From the NCBI RefSeq assembly GCF_001458695.1, contig NZ_LN885086.1, positions 630,001-662,000 of the forward strand: a DNA stretch of 32,000 nucleotides, given 5' to 3'. Numbering within the stretch: the stretch's first letter is position 1; each line of letters starts with the position of its first letter. The stretch comes from Candidatus Nitrospira inopinata (GTDB lineage Bacteria > Nitrospirota > Nitrospiria > Nitrospirales > Nitrospiraceae). The notes beneath the pieces are model-generated. The model saw only the letters and a list, made by a program, of their open reading frames with translations. It did no database searches and was not told the origin of the DNA. Below are positions 17,445 through 29,677 of the stretch, piece after piece. A program made the position numbers and the translations under genes.

Positions 17445-18180
17445 GGGCGGCCTCGGTAAATCCTTTCAACTCTTCCCGGAGATTGGCGGCAAAGATCCAC
17501 GGCCCGACACTGACCTGCACCCCCGCAAACAGCGAAGTATCTTCGGTCCAAATACAAGTCACGGTTCTTCCCGCCAACTCTCCCAACGCGGCCGATAAGG
17601 CTTCCCGCTGAGACTCATCCAATTGATGGGCGGAGGACACGGAGGCGACCGCGTCTCCGTTCCGGCAGATGGCATGGATCGTCTGACGCCGTTCCTCAGG
17701 CAGGGCCCGCAGTTCTTCGATAGCCAGGGCGACCAATTGCGTCGTCAAGTGTGGATGCGCCAATCGTTCCAACAGGCGAGCGGCAAACCGAGCGCCCAGC
17801 GCCAGCCCCGCCTCTTCCGCCTGATGCCGGAGTTCTTGGCGATGCCGTTCCTCCAACGTTTTGGATTTTTCCCGTTCTTGTGCCACCGAACGGTGCACCT
17901 CTTCCAGTAGACGTGCTCGTTCTTTGTTGAGCTCTTCGTGAAGGCGGGCTCGGGCCTGTTGCTTCTCCTGTTCCCATTCGGCCAACCGGCCTTCATACCG
18001 TTGTTTGAGGGTTTCTCCTTCGGCTCGCAACCGTTCCGCCTCAGTTCGCAATCGCTCCATGGCCGCCCGGCGGTCGGCGATGACCGTGAAGACCGGTTTG
18101 TACAAAAACCGCTTGAGCAGCCAGACGAGGACCAGGAAGTTCAACACCTGAAGGCCGAACGTCGACCAATCAAGCTCCAT
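17422..18180 (-). CDS. atpF: Fo subunit b with a delta-like C-terminal extension (b-delta fusion typical of N-ATPases)
   Basis: ATG 18180 is preceded by GAGGAG at 6-nt spacing (the track start 18213 is TTG). It has an N-terminal TM helix and a long charged helix. The C-terminal [22 protein letters not shown] resembles the delta/OSCP C-terminus. No separate atpH gene is present. Confidence 0.82.
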   Translation of the reverse strand: MELDWSTFGLQVLNFLVLVWLLKRFLYKPVFTVIADRRAAMERLRTEAERLRAEGETLKQRYEGRLAEWEQEKQQARARLHEELNKERARLLEEVHRSVAQEREKSKTLEERHRQELRHQAEEAGLALGARFAARLLERLAHPHLTTQLVALAIEELRALPEERRQTIHAICRNGDAVASVSSAHQLDESQREALSAALGELAGRTVTCIWTEDTSLFAGVQVSVGPWIFAANLREELKGFTEAAHAVDAVL

Positions 18181-18280
18181 GAGCATCTCCTCTTGAATGT
18201 CTCCGCCCGCCAAGGACTGGAATCCGTCCGCGGGCCCATTCAGCCGCTCGCCATTCCTTGCCGACCGTCATTGCCGACTC

Positions 18281-18547
18281 TTATCTCAATAGATATTCCA
18301 GCAGCGGGTTGCGGAACAGGATGATCAGCACCACGACCAAACAATAAATCGCCAACGACTCAATCATGGCCAGGCCGATGAGCAGAGTCCTCAGGATGGA
18401 CCGTTCGGCCTCCGGCTGCCGCGCGATAGCCTCAAGCGCCTGGCTGATCGCCCGTCCCATCGCCACGGCCGGCAACATCGTCCCCAGCGCAATGGCCAGG
18501 GCGGCAACCACGGTGGAGCCGAGAGTGAAGAGTGTCAGATCTTGCAT
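18281..18547 (-). CDS. atpE: Fo subunit c
   Basis: 88-aa hairpin protein with ARQPEAE in the loop and IESLAIY in helix 2 (carboxylate E). Confidence 0.9.
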   Translation of the reverse strand: MQDLTLFTLGSTVVAALAIALGTMLPAVAMGRAISQALEAIARQPEAERSILRTLLIGLAMIESLAIYCLVVVLIILFRNPLLEYLLR

Positions 18548-18549
18548 GG

Positions 18550-19233
18550 TCAGGCAGCCTCCTTTTGCTGCGATTGTCTTCTGTGCTCTTGAGTCTGAAT
18601 GGCGCTCCCGATGTAGATCAGCGCCAACATGCCGAAGATGAATGCCTGAAGCAGCCCCTCGATGATGTGAAGCGCCAACAAGGGGATCGGCACCAAAAAA
18701 CCGGCGACGACGAGCACCAGCACCAACGCCATCTCCAGACTCATGACGTTGCCGAACAGGCGCATGGCCAAGGCGACGGTGCGTGTGAACTCGCTGATCA
18801 AATGAAACGGCAACATCACGGGGGTTGGGCGCAGGTAATGGCGCAGGTAACCGGTGAGCCCTTCAATCCGAATCCCAAACCAGGGCACGGACAGGAACAC
18901 GAGAATGGCCAGCGCCGCGGTCGCGGAGAGGTCGGCGGTCGGAGAATGGAGCCCCGGCACAATCCCGGCCAGATTGGCGACAGCTAGAAAGATCCATAGG
19001 GTGGCGATGAGCGGGAACACCCGCTCCGCATGAACCGGGATCACCGACCGGACCGTGTGATCGATCGCGCCGATGATCCCTTCAATAGCCACTTGCAACA
19101 ATCCCGGCTCCTGACTCAGGCGACGAGAAAGAAACCAGGCAAACCCGACCAGGGCGGCCATGATGAGCCACGTCATCGTCACGGTTTCCGTGATGCGGAA
19201 CGGCCCGATTTCGACGATCGTTTTAATCGGCAT
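18550..19233 (-). CDS. atpB: Fo subunit a
   Basis: 227 aa, polytopic, with the conserved Arg in LAMRLFGN. Lies 2 nt upstream of atpE. Confidence 0.9.
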   Translation of the reverse strand: MPIKTIVEIGPFRITETVTMTWLIMAALVGFAWFLSRRLSQEPGLLQVAIEGIIGAIDHTVRSVIPVHAERVFPLIATLWIFLAVANLAGIVPGLHSPTADLSATAALAILVFLSVPWFGIRIEGLTGYLRHYLRPTPVMLPFHLISEFTRTVALAMRLFGNVMSLEMALVLVLVVAGFLVPIPLLALHIIEGLLQAFIFGMLALIYIGSAIQTQEHRRQSQQKEAA

Positions 19234-19524
19234 CGCGCTCTTCTCTTTTCTATTCTTTCACCAGCAACAGATAGACGTTGACGGCGCCGACCCCGACGCC
19301 GAGCAGGATCAGACTGATAGTCCAGCGGATGGAGTACCCCTCGACCATCCCGTCGATCCAGCGGCCGATGTAGGCGCCGGCCACAATCGGCACGGCGAAC
19401 AGCAGCCCGACGGTTCCCAGGTACACGGTCTGGGCCAGCAACGTCCGCTTGCTGCGCTCGGCGTCGCGGAGACGTTCGACGTCCCGCTCGACTTCATGTT
19501 TCAGCCGTTCCTGGTCCTTCACCG

Positions 19525-21371
<1,847 letters not shown>

Positions 21372-21719
21372 TTAGACCCTTCAACCAGTAAAGAGGGCTG
21401 GGGGAGCGACACTCCTCCAGCCTCAGACGCCCAGGCTCCACCCTTTGCCGACTCGCCATGCCCCGTTCCAACGACACATCCATCTTTTTCCAACAATGGC
21501 ATCAACCAAAAGCCGCAAGCCTGATGCCAGATCAAACAGCCGGATGAGGCCGAATTGACATTCAGTCTCGATGTGAGAGTTCTTATGTCATCTCCGAAAG
21601 GGAAGAAGGTTCAGCCTGTGGCACACCGCGACAGGAATGCCGTTCCCATTGTCGCCAAATGCCACGGCACAGGAGGAGTGCTCGCGAAGCTGTATCGGCC
21701 TGTTGAGGGCAGCCCCTTG

Positions 21720-21944
21720 TCAGCAGTTCGACAGAGAAATTCGACGGTTTTCCAGAATCAGCGGATCGATCCGCTCGCCGCAATTGACGCACCGCCAGCC
21801 CGACAGGCCGAGCCAGGGCCCCGTAGTTTCATCGCAACCATCAAGGCTGATCGGCACCATGAATCCTTGACAACGGGGGCAAGTCCCGTTGTGTTTCTCA
21901 ATCCGACTCAAGAGACGGCCGCTCCCCCGCTCTGGTACGGTCAT
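21720..21944 (-). CDS. Small zinc-ribbon protein (CPRC...CVNC), hypothetical
   Basis: 74-aa ORF with two CxxC pairs about 27 residues apart. It lies 370 nt upstream of atpD on the same strand and is divergent from the sensor kinase. Weak SD. Confidence 0.4.
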   Translation of the reverse strand: MTVPERGSGRLLSRIEKHNGTCPRCQGFMVPISLDGCDETTGPWLGLSGWRCVNCGERIDPLILENRRISLSNC

Positions 21945-22327
21945 CAGTTACGATCTCTCTGTTGGAGATTCCTTTCCCGCTCACATCGATATGGCATGAA
22001 GTCGCACCGTACCGAACGTGCTTGTCTCCCACTACTAGGAAATGTCCTGAAACGCGCCCGATATTCTCCCGGCGTGTTTCAGGGATGGGAAGTCTTGTCC
22101 CCTCCGAACGAAGGCCGTAGATCTCATCAGCGACGTTGCCGTTGCCCTCTGACTAGGGATTGACATGGAACGGAACGAAAAGATTACCGGAAGAGCGTTC
22201 TTGTGATGGTCGGGGCCATCTCAACCCTTGCGAGAGCTGAGACCGAAGCCTATGATCGCCCCTCGTGGAATCCCGCGCCGGCGATCACGGAGACCGGATA
22301 GATCCGCACGCGACGGAACAGTCCTCG

Positions 22328-23917
22328 ATGACGTCGGGACTCGATCTGTTGGCGCCGCTGCTGCTCTACCTTGCCGTCTTCGCGGTCTTCGTTCTGGACT
22401 GGTTCATCCCGCTCGGCTTCTCCGTTTCGATGTTGTACATCCCGATCTGCCTGGCCGGCCTTTGGCTCAAAGGTTGGCGATTTGCCTGTATCATGGGAGT
22501 TCTTTGCTCTGGGCTGATGGTGGCGGGTCTCTTCGTCTCGCCGCCCGGCGGTCCCCTCTCATGGTCCATTGTGAATCGCAAGATCGCCTTCATCGCTCTT
22601 TGGTCAGTGCTGTGGGGCGGAAAACTTTTCGCACAACGCACGGCCGACTTGGAACGCACAAAAACGACGCTTCAGCAGGCGATCGCCCAGCGCCGGCAGG
22701 CGGAACAGGCCTTGCTCGTTATCAATGAACAATTGGAGTCCCGCATTGCCCGCCGGACCGAACAGCTCCAAGCCGCCCTTGATCGGTGGGAGCTTGTCAC
22801 GCAGGCGACGCACGACGGCGTGTACGATTGGGACTTGACGACCAACCGAGTCGTCTATACGTCGCACTGGAAGGCAATGCACGGGTTTTCCAATCAAGAC
22901 GATGATGAGTCGCCCGCACAGTGGTCGGAACGGATCCATCCGGACGACCGCCCCCGTGTCCTTGGCCGTCTGGATGAATACCTGGCCGGCAACCGGCCCG
23001 AGTTCAGCGAGGAATATCGCATTCGTCGACGCGACGGACGCTGGATCTGGGTCCTGGACCGAGGCATCGCGCTTCGGGATGCAACGGGCCTGGCCGTTCG
23101 TCTGGTCGGATCGGAGAAAGACGTCACAGAGCGGAAGCGGGCGGAAGAGACGCTACGCCGGCAGAACCTCCAATTCGAGGAGTTGACCGCGAAACTGCTC
23201 ACCGCTCAAGAGCACGAGCGGCAACGGATCGCTCGCGAATTACACGACGATGTGACACAGCGGCTGGCCGCGCTGGCCGTCGATTTGGGCTCGCTCGTGC
23301 GGGCGTACCCTTCTGATCCACAGTTGCAGGCCCGCTTGCGAACGGTCCAAGAGACGGCCGGACAACTGGCCGACGACGTCCATAACTTCGCCTATCGCCT
23401 GCACCCCTCGCTGCTTGAACACTTGGGATTGGAGGCGGCGATCCGCGATCACGTCGATGAATTCCGCCGGCGCACCGGCTTGGCGGTGCGATACGTCAAG
23501 CGGGGAATCCCGCAAACTATTCCGCTGGACGTCGCCACCTGCCTGTATCGCGTGGCGCAAGAAGGGTTGCAGAACGTTCAGAAACACGCGGCGGCCTCGG
23601 ACGTCTTGGTCGCACTGCTCGGCACGGCCAAGGGCGTCGGGGTCTGTGTTCGGGACAATGGAAAAGGCTTCGTGTACAAGCCGGGAGACGTTCGTCACAC
23701 AGGCTTGGGGCTCGTCAGCATGGAAGAGCGGATTCGCCTCATGAAGGGCACCTTCCGTCTCCGCACTCAACCGGGAAAGGGGACGGAAATCCACGCCTGG
23801 GTCCCGCTGCCCGACGCAGCGCCCCAGGATGCGTGCCAAGAGGAAACGGCCAGCAAGCCGATCGCGGGGCCGCCCGCCATGCCTGAGGAACAAGACGTCA
23901 AGGAGGAGACTCGATGA
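22328..23917 (+). CDS. Membrane-bound PAS sensor histidine kinase (HisKA_3/NarX-DegS class)
   Basis: First ATG (MTSGLDLL); the track start 22265 is GTG. About 4 TM segments, then a PAS-like domain (IHPDDR...YRIRRRDGRWIWV), H-box RIARELHDDVTQ, and HATPase motifs (QEGLQNVQKHA, DNGKGF, GLGLVSMEER). Confidence 0.88.
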   Translation: MTSGLDLLAPLLLYLAVFAVFVLDWFIPLGFSVSMLYIPICLAGLWLKGWRFACIMGVLCSGLMVAGLFVSPPGGPLSWSIVNRKIAFIALWSVLWGGKLFAQRTADLERTKTTLQQAIAQRRQAEQALLVINEQLESRIARRTEQLQAALDRWELVTQATHDGVYDWDLTTNRVVYTSHWKAMHGFSNQDDDESPAQWSERIHPDDRPRVLGRLDEYLAGNRPEFSEEYRIRRRDGRWIWVLDRGIALRDATGLAVRLVGSEKDVTERKRAEETLRRQNLQFEELTAKLLTAQEHERQRIARELHDDVTQRLAALAVDLGSLVRAYPSDPQLQARLRTVQETAGQLADDVHNFAYRLHPSLLEHLGLEAAIRDHVDEFRRRTGLAVRYVKRGIPQTIPLDVATCLYRVAQEGLQNVQKHAAASDVLVALLGTAKGVGVCVRDNGKGFVYKPGDVRHTGLGLVSMEERIRLMKGTFRLRTQPGKGTEIHAWVPLPDAAPQDACQEETASKPIAGPPAMPEEQDVKEETR

Positions 23918-24573
23918 AAAAACCGCGGGTGCTGTTGGCCGATGATCACGCACTGGTGCTGGCCGGATTACGCCGCTTGGTCGAAGATTCTTGCGAAGTC
24001 GTGGGGACCGTCGAAGACGGCCGCTCGCTCATTGAGGCGGCTCAGCGCCTCGAACCGGACTTGATTCTGTTGGACATCGCCATGCCGCTGTTGAACGGCA
24101 TCGACGCCGCGCGCCAGATTCGCAAACTGTGTCCCGACACCAAGCTCATTTTTCTGACCATGCAGACCAGCCCCACCTACGCGACCGAGGCCTTTCAAGC
24201 CGGCGCAAGCGGTTACCTCCTGAAACGATCGGCTCCGATGGAACTGCCGTTGGCCATCGAGGCCGTCCTGCGAGGCCAACACTATCTGACTCCCGCGATC
24301 GCCAAACCGGTGTTGGAAAGGGCTCTCAAACCGGACGATCCGTCGACGCTTCCCATCAAGGGATCTCCCGCCGATCTCACTCCGCGCCAACGCGAAGTGT
24401 TGCAGTTGATCGGGGAGGGAAAAGCGACCAAGGAGATCGCCGCCCTGCTCAACATCTCGGTCAAGACGGTCGAGTTTCACAAGGCCCGCCTGATGGAGGA
24501 ACTGGGCTTTCACTCCACCGCGGAATTGATGCGCTACGCCATCGCGCAAGGGCTGGCCAATTCCGAGCTGTGA
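23914..24573 (+). CDS. NarL/FixJ-family response regulator (REC + LuxR HTH)
   Basis: VLLADDH and LILLDIAMP (phospho-acceptor Asp). C-terminal LTPRQREVLQLIGEGKATKEIAALLNISVKTVEFHK. ATGA overlap with the kinase stop. Confidence 0.93.
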   Translation: MKKPRVLLADDHALVLAGLRRLVEDSCEVVGTVEDGRSLIEAAQRLEPDLILLDIAMPLLNGIDAARQIRKLCPDTKLIFLTMQTSPTYATEAFQAGASGYLLKRSAPMELPLAIEAVLRGQHYLTPAIAKPVLERALKPDDPSTLPIKGSPADLTPRQREVLQLIGEGKATKEIAALLNISVKTVEFHKARLMEELGFHSTAELMRYAIAQGLANSEL

Positions 24574-24640
24574 CAGGCGTCTCCATCCGCCGACACCGCG
24601 CCGATACCGATGGATCGGGCCTGGAACCTTCTTGCGACAA

Positions 24641-25528
24641 CTAGGCTCCCGTCCGAACGATCGCCGGCGGCGCCTGCCCCTCTCCCCAGTAGAGGGTCCG
24701 ATGGGGAAATGGAATCTCGATCCCCTTGGCATCGAACGTCTTCTTGATCCGCCGATTCATTTCGCGTCCGACCCGCCATTGTTTACTGGGCATGGTCTTG
24801 ATCCGGCACCGGATGATCACGGCGGAATCGTCAAAACGATCGACGCCGAGCATTTCCAACGGTTCCAGAATGTCCTCCGCATACAATGGGTCGGCCCGCA
24901 GCTCCTCGGCGATTTCAACCAGCACGGCCATCACGCGATCGACGTCCTCCTTGTAGGCGACCCCGACGTCAAAGACGTAAAACGAAAACCCTTTTGTCAT
25001 GTTCTTGACCCGATCCACGATCCCGTTCGGAACCACGTGGACGCTGCCGGACACGTCGCGCAATCGGATCGACCGTAATTTGACTTCCTCCACAAGGCCG
25101 CTGACGCCGGCGATCTCCACGACGTCGCCCACGGCGATGGAATCCTCCAAAAGGATAAAAAATCCGGAAATCACGTCCTTCACCAGACTCTGAGCGCCGA
25201 AGCCGATCGCCAATCCGCCCAGGCCGGCGGCGGCCAAGAGCGGCTTCAGATCGATGCCGATTTCCGACAGCACCATCATGGTCCCGACGGCGACGACGAA
25301 CACACGGGCCACGTCGCGGAGCACCTGGGTCAGGGTTTCGGCCCGCTGGCGCTGAGCCGGAGTCGGCAACGCCCCCTCGAGCAGTCGCCGGACACGGGCC
25401 AAGGCCTGCCTGATGACCGCGAGCAGAAAGAGCATTCCGAGACAGATCAGCACCGCGCGAATACCCGAGCTCATGCCCCATTGAATCGATCGCTCGATCA
25501 ACTGTGCGACCCATGCTTCTTGTGTCAT
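24641..25528 (-). CDS. Small-conductance mechanosensitive channel (MscS family)
   Basis: ATG 25528 is preceded by AAGGAGG. TM helices, then GFGAQSLVKDVISGFFILLEDSIAVGDVVEI, typical of MscS TM3 and the beta domain. Confidence 0.88.
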   Translation of the reverse strand: MTQEAWVAQLIERSIQWGMSSGIRAVLICLGMLFLLAVIRQALARVRRLLEGALPTPAQRQRAETLTQVLRDVARVFVVAVGTMMVLSEIGIDLKPLLAAAGLGGLAIGFGAQSLVKDVISGFFILLEDSIAVGDVVEIAGVSGLVEEVKLRSIRLRDVSGSVHVVPNGIVDRVKNMTKGFSFYVFDVGVAYKEDVDRVMAVLVEIAEELRADPLYAEDILEPLEMLGVDRFDDSAVIIRCRIKTMPSKQWRVGREMNRRIKKTFDAKGIEIPFPHRTLYWGEGQAPPAIVRTGA

Positions 25529-25551
25529 ATCTCCTCCTTGAGACTCCGTTC

Positions 25552-26808
25552 TCACGTTGGGGATGTCGTCGCGGTTGACGAACCCTCCGACCCTCCCACC
25601 ACCCGACTGATTGTCAGCCCCTGCACAAGAATGGAAAACACCACGACGACATAGGTGATCGTCACCACGGCGTCCCGCTCCGGACCGGAGGGCAAGGAGA
25701 GGGCCAGCGCGACGGAAATGCCCCCGCGCAACCCACCCCACGTCAAAATCCTCACTGTCTTGTCGCTGAACTCGCGAACGAGACTAAACCCTCCCACCTG
25801 CAACAGCACGGTGATCCAGCGCGCCGCCAGCACCAGCGGCACGGCGACGAGCCCGGCGATCAGATAGGACCGTTGAAAACTCAGCGCGAGCACCTCCAGG
25901 CCGATCAGCACGAACAAGACGGCGTTTAACAACTCATCTAGCAACTCCCAGAAACTGTCGAGCCGTTCCCTCGTTGTCTCGGACATGGCCCACTGTCGTC
26001 CATAGTTCCCGATCAGGAGGCCAGCCACGACCACCGCGATCGGACCGGACGTGTGCAACAGATCCGCCAACGCGAACCCGCCCATGACCAACGCCAACGT
26101 GATGAGGATCTCCACCTGATCATGGTCCACGGAGCGGAGCATCCGATAGGCGACGTAGCCCAGAGCCAGCCCCAACGCCGCGCCGCCGATCGCCTCCTCC
26201 ACGAACAGCCACAGGATGTCGGCAGCGTGAACCGTTTCTCTGGGCAGGAGATTCAAGAGGACCAGAAAGATCACCACGCCGACACCGTCGTTGAAGAGCG
26301 ACTCTCCGACGATCTTCATCTCCAGCGCCTTGGGCAGGCGGGCCTGACGGAGCACCCCCATGACGGCGATCGGATCGGTGGGCGAGATCAAGGCGCCGAA
26401 CAACAGGCAATAGAGAAAGGGCAGCGGCAGGCCGACCCAATCGAACACCACGTAGCCCAGCAGGCCGATGATCGCGCTGGAGAGCAGCGTCCCGACCGTC
26501 GCCAAGGTGCCGATCACCCACTTGAGATCGAGCAGTTCCTCCAATTTGACGTGCAGCGCGCCGGCGAACAACAAAAACCCCAACATCCCGTGCATCAGCG
26601 TTTCGTTGAAATCGACGGCGCTGATGAGCCGCTGCGCCTCGGCTCCGACGCCGAACCCCAATTTCCCCAACGCCAGCAAACTCAACGAACACCCCAGCGC
26701 CACCGCCATCAGCCCGATGGTCATCGGCAGTTTGAGCAGCCGATGGTTCACGTAGCCGAACAGCGCCGCCAGGCAAATCAGGATCGTGAGCGTGTAAATC
26801 AACGGCAC
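25552..26808 (-). CDS. Na+/H+ antiporter, CPA1 (NhaP-type)
   Basis: 418 aa, polytopic, with FGALISPTDP and ESLFNDGVGVV motifs typical of CPA1 exchangers. Confidence 0.88.
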   Translation of the reverse strand: MPLIYTLTILICLAALFGYVNHRLLKLPMTIGLMAVALGCSLSLLALGKLGFGVGAEAQRLISAVDFNETLMHGMLGFLLFAGALHVKLEELLDLKWVIGTLATVGTLLSSAIIGLLGYVVFDWVGLPLPFLYCLLFGALISPTDPIAVMGVLRQARLPKALEMKIVGESLFNDGVGVVIFLVLLNLLPRETVHAADILWLFVEEAIGGAALGLALGYVAYRMLRSVDHDQVEILITLALVMGGFALADLLHTSGPIAVVVAGLLIGNYGRQWAMSETTRERLDSFWELLDELLNAVLFVLIGLEVLALSFQRSYLIAGLVAVPLVLAARWITVLLQVGGFSLVREFSDKTVRILTWGGLRGGISVALALSLPSGPERDAVVTITYVVVVFSILVQGLTISRVVGGSEGSSTATTSPT

Positions 26809-27227
26809 GGCTCACACCTCTTCTTCTGCCAAGGGAACGCCACGGTGTTCATGACTGAAGCCCCCCATGGCCGGCGCCGCCCCCTGTTCCCCTCGCGACG
26901 GGGTCGCGCAAGACTCCCCATCCCGTTCACTTTCCTCATGAGGGTCGTCCGAACCGGTGCTAACGCGCAAGCGCAAATCGCAAGGCCTGCCGGATTTGGG
27001 ACATGCGATCGCTGCTTAAGGTTGTGATGAGCGATCCGACTGACCGACTCTTCGTTGAGCGTCATCCGTACGGTTCTGATCCGTTTTCCGATGCACGAAT
27101 GGCTCCGCCGGGAAACGTTCTTAACGGCATCGCTGGGGGAATGCAAGCTTTCGGCTCAACCGGGCGCGATCAGAGCAAATTGGAGCGATGCCTCACGGAG
27201 CCAGGCGTAGATGCGCGGGCGTTGGTC

Positions 27228-28699
27228 CTATCGGTCTGGCCCGGCGCCCTTGAGAATATCGCGAAGCCGGGCGGACGACTCGTGATCGGCGGACACCCAA
27301 AGCACATCACCGGCCTCCAGCACGGTGTTGCCGTCCGGAACAAAGCACCGGCCGTTCCTTCCGATCAGGATGATGAACGCCTCTTTGGGCAAACCGAGAT
27401 CAAAGAGCCGCTTGCCGACTGTGCGGAGGTGGGGGTGATCGTCATCTCGATCAGCCTGTTTCTGGGATCGATCGGCCTGTCGGGGATGGCGGCGATCTCG
27501 GCGGATCGCTCAAGAGGAACATCAACCTGAAGCCAGCGGGCGACCAAAGGAATGGATGTGCCTTGGAGCAGCACGGAAGTCAAGACGATGAAGAACACAA
27601 GGTTGAACATCATCGGGGCCTGCGGAATGCCGGCCAAGAGCGGGAAGGTGGCGAGAATGATCGGCACGGCTCCCCGCAAGCCGACCCACGCGATCATGGT
27701 CTTCTCTCTCACGGTGAGCCTCGTGAACGCCAAGGTCAGAAAGACGGCGACGGGCCTGGCGCACACCATCAAGAACAGCGCAAAGAAGAATCCGATCCCC
27801 GCGACCGACAGGAGTTGCGAGGGGAAGACCTGCAGACCGAGCACCAGAAACATCGCAATCTGCATCAACCAGGCAAGCCCGTCATGAAACCGCAACAGGC
27901 TGCGTTTGTGGAGAAAGTCCCGGCTCCCCATGATCAGCCCGGCCAGATAGACCGCCAGAAATCCGTTTCCTCCCAGCCAGGCGCTGCCGCTGTAGGTCAG
28001 CAGGACCAAGGACAGGGTGAGCACCGGATACAGCCCCTCATATTCCAATCGCAATCGATTGACCAGCTCCACCATCAGTTTGCCGGTCCCATACCCGATC
28101 GCCGCGCCGACGACCATTTGCCGAACAAACAGGGGAACCAGATCGATCACCGACGTCGACGCCCCCGTCATCAAGCTGATCAGTCCGATCGTGAGGAACA
28201 CCGCCATCGGGTCGTTGCTGCCCGATTCGAGCTCGAGCAACGGCTTCAACGGATCGCGCAGTCTGACCGACCGCGATCGCATCACGGCGAATACCGCGGC
28301 GGCATCAGTGGAGGAGACAATGGCGCCGATCAGCAGTCCCTCCAACCATGAAAACCCGACGACCGTCGTGGCGAACAGACCGATCAGCCCGGCCGTGATC
28401 ACCACGCCGACGGTGGAGAGCGCCACGCCTCGCCCAAGCTGCGATCGAACGACGACCCAGTCAGTATCCAACCCGCCGGCAAACAAAATGAACGTTAGCG
28501 CGAGAACTCCGATCGATTGCGCCAGGAAGGGATTGTCAAAGTGAATGCCGCCGGGACCGTCGGAGCCGGCCAACATGCCGATGGCCAAAAACAGCAACAG
28601 CGCCGGCACACCCAATCGACCCGATGCCGTGCTGGACAGGACGCTCAGCAACAACAAGACGGATGCGCCGAGCAGAAGCTGTTCGATCGTGACGTCCAT
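27228..28699 (-). pseudogene. K+/H+ antiporter NhaP2/CvrA-like (CPA1 + C-terminal TrkA-C) with an apparent 1-nt frameshift near 27420
   Basis: The 444-aa transporter ORF (27365..28699; [16 protein letters not shown]) ends ...[26 protein letters not shown] second frame continues from about 27419 as [47 protein letters not shown]..., a TrkA-C sequence, to the TAG at 27230-27228. Confidence 0.65.
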
Positions 28700-28731
28700 C
28701 GGCCGCTGCCCTCCGTCCTGCTGAACCCTTC

Positions 28732-29625
28732 CTAACGATCACCCTCGTTGAGCAGCGTGTCGGCGGACCTGACCACCAGCACCGGGCAACCGGCCCGTCT
28801 CAAGACTCCTTCCGCGACACTGCCCAACAGGAGGCGGGACAACCCTCGGCGGCCCTGCGTGCCGACCACGACGATGTCTGCTTCCCATCGGCCGGCCTCC
28901 TCCACAATCGTCTCGACCGGATGGCCCACTCTGCAGATCCCTTCTGCCTGAACGCCTCGGTCTCGAAGAGCCTGAATCAGCCGATCCAACCGCCGGCGTC
29001 CATGCTGGATGTCATCCTCCATCGAGTGAGCATGCACGACCAGCACCCTGGCATCCGTGAGTTGGGCCAACCGTGACACGACCCGCTGGGCCTGCCGGGC
29101 GCAGGATGAGAAATCGGTACCCAACACGATCCGGCTCAATTTCACGCGCGCGGGCTGCCGGACGGCGTCCCCCGCCACCCCGCCGTGGACGGCCAACACC
29201 GGGCAATCCGCCCGACGGACCAACATCTGCGCGGTGCTGCCCAAACGCAAACGATCCCACCCGGTTCGCCCCTCGGTGCCCATGACCAGCAGCTTGGCCC
29301 GCTCCTGCCGGAGACGGCGCAGAATACATTCGTCCGGCACGCCGAAATCGACGATCGGCTCGGCCTCGACCCCCGCGTCCTTTGCCAGCCGCGCTAAGCG
29401 CCCCAGTTCGAGCAGGGCCGACGTCCGCATCATGCGCGCGTAGCGGGTGTCCGGGGGCAGGTCCTCGTCATCGGATGGCAGCTTGATGACATGGAGCAGT
29501 TTCAGTCTGGTTTGGAGCAACCGGGCCACGGCGAGTCCATACTTGAAAGCCCGTCGCGCCGGCTGTTGGAAATCCGTCGGGAGCAAGAGACAAGGACTGA
29601 TGTGTCTGGATCGCGGCATGATCAA
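28732..29625 (-). CDS. Universal stress protein, tandem UspA domains
   Basis: Two USP domains ending [34 protein letters not shown] and [34 protein letters not shown]. Confidence 0.88.
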   Translation of the reverse strand: MIMPRSRHISPCLLLPTDFQQPARRAFKYGLAVARLLQTRLKLLHVIKLPSDDEDLPPDTRYARMMRTSALLELGRLARLAKDAGVEAEPIVDFGVPDECILRRLRQERAKLLVMGTEGRTGWDRLRLGSTAQMLVRRADCPVLAVHGGVAGDAVRQPARVKLSRIVLGTDFSSCARQAQRVVSRLAQLTDARVLVVHAHSMEDDIQHGRRRLDRLIQALRDRGVQAEGICRVGHPVETIVEEAGRWEADIVVVGTQGRRGLSRLLLGSVAEGVLRRAGCPVLVVRSADTLLNEGDR

Positions 29626-29677
29626 AGAGAAACGGTCTGAAATGGGACAGGAGGACTCTCTGATTTCTCGAACTCGC

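Noticed and set aside
21617-21633. TGGCAC-containing sequence that looked like a sigma-54 -24 element
   Set aside because: The -12 position reads GACA rather than TTGC, and the orientation does not serve a downstream gene. Not supported.
23240-24732. Minus-strand ORFs 23240..23953 and 23968..24732 opposite the kinase and response-regulator genes
   Set aside because: Antisense to genes with clear H-box, HATPase, REC and HTH motifs. No motifs of their own.
26053-27027. 324-aa + strand ORF opposite the NhaP antiporter, and ORF 26799..27146 (-)
   Set aside because: The first is a His/Gln/Arg/Asp-rich shadow ORF. The second lies in the upstream intergenic region, has Arg-rich composition, lacks an SD and overlaps the nhaP start.
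27003-27530. 175-aa + strand ORF
   Set aside because: It is the antisense of the TrkA-C-encoding tail of the frameshifted antiporter. The minus-strand reading ([23 protein letters not shown]...) is clearly the real one.
27563-28351. 262-aa + strand ORF, and likewise 30710..31633 (+), opposite the antiporter and pntB
   Set aside because: Highly charged low-complexity shadow ORFs inside confidently called membrane-protein genes.
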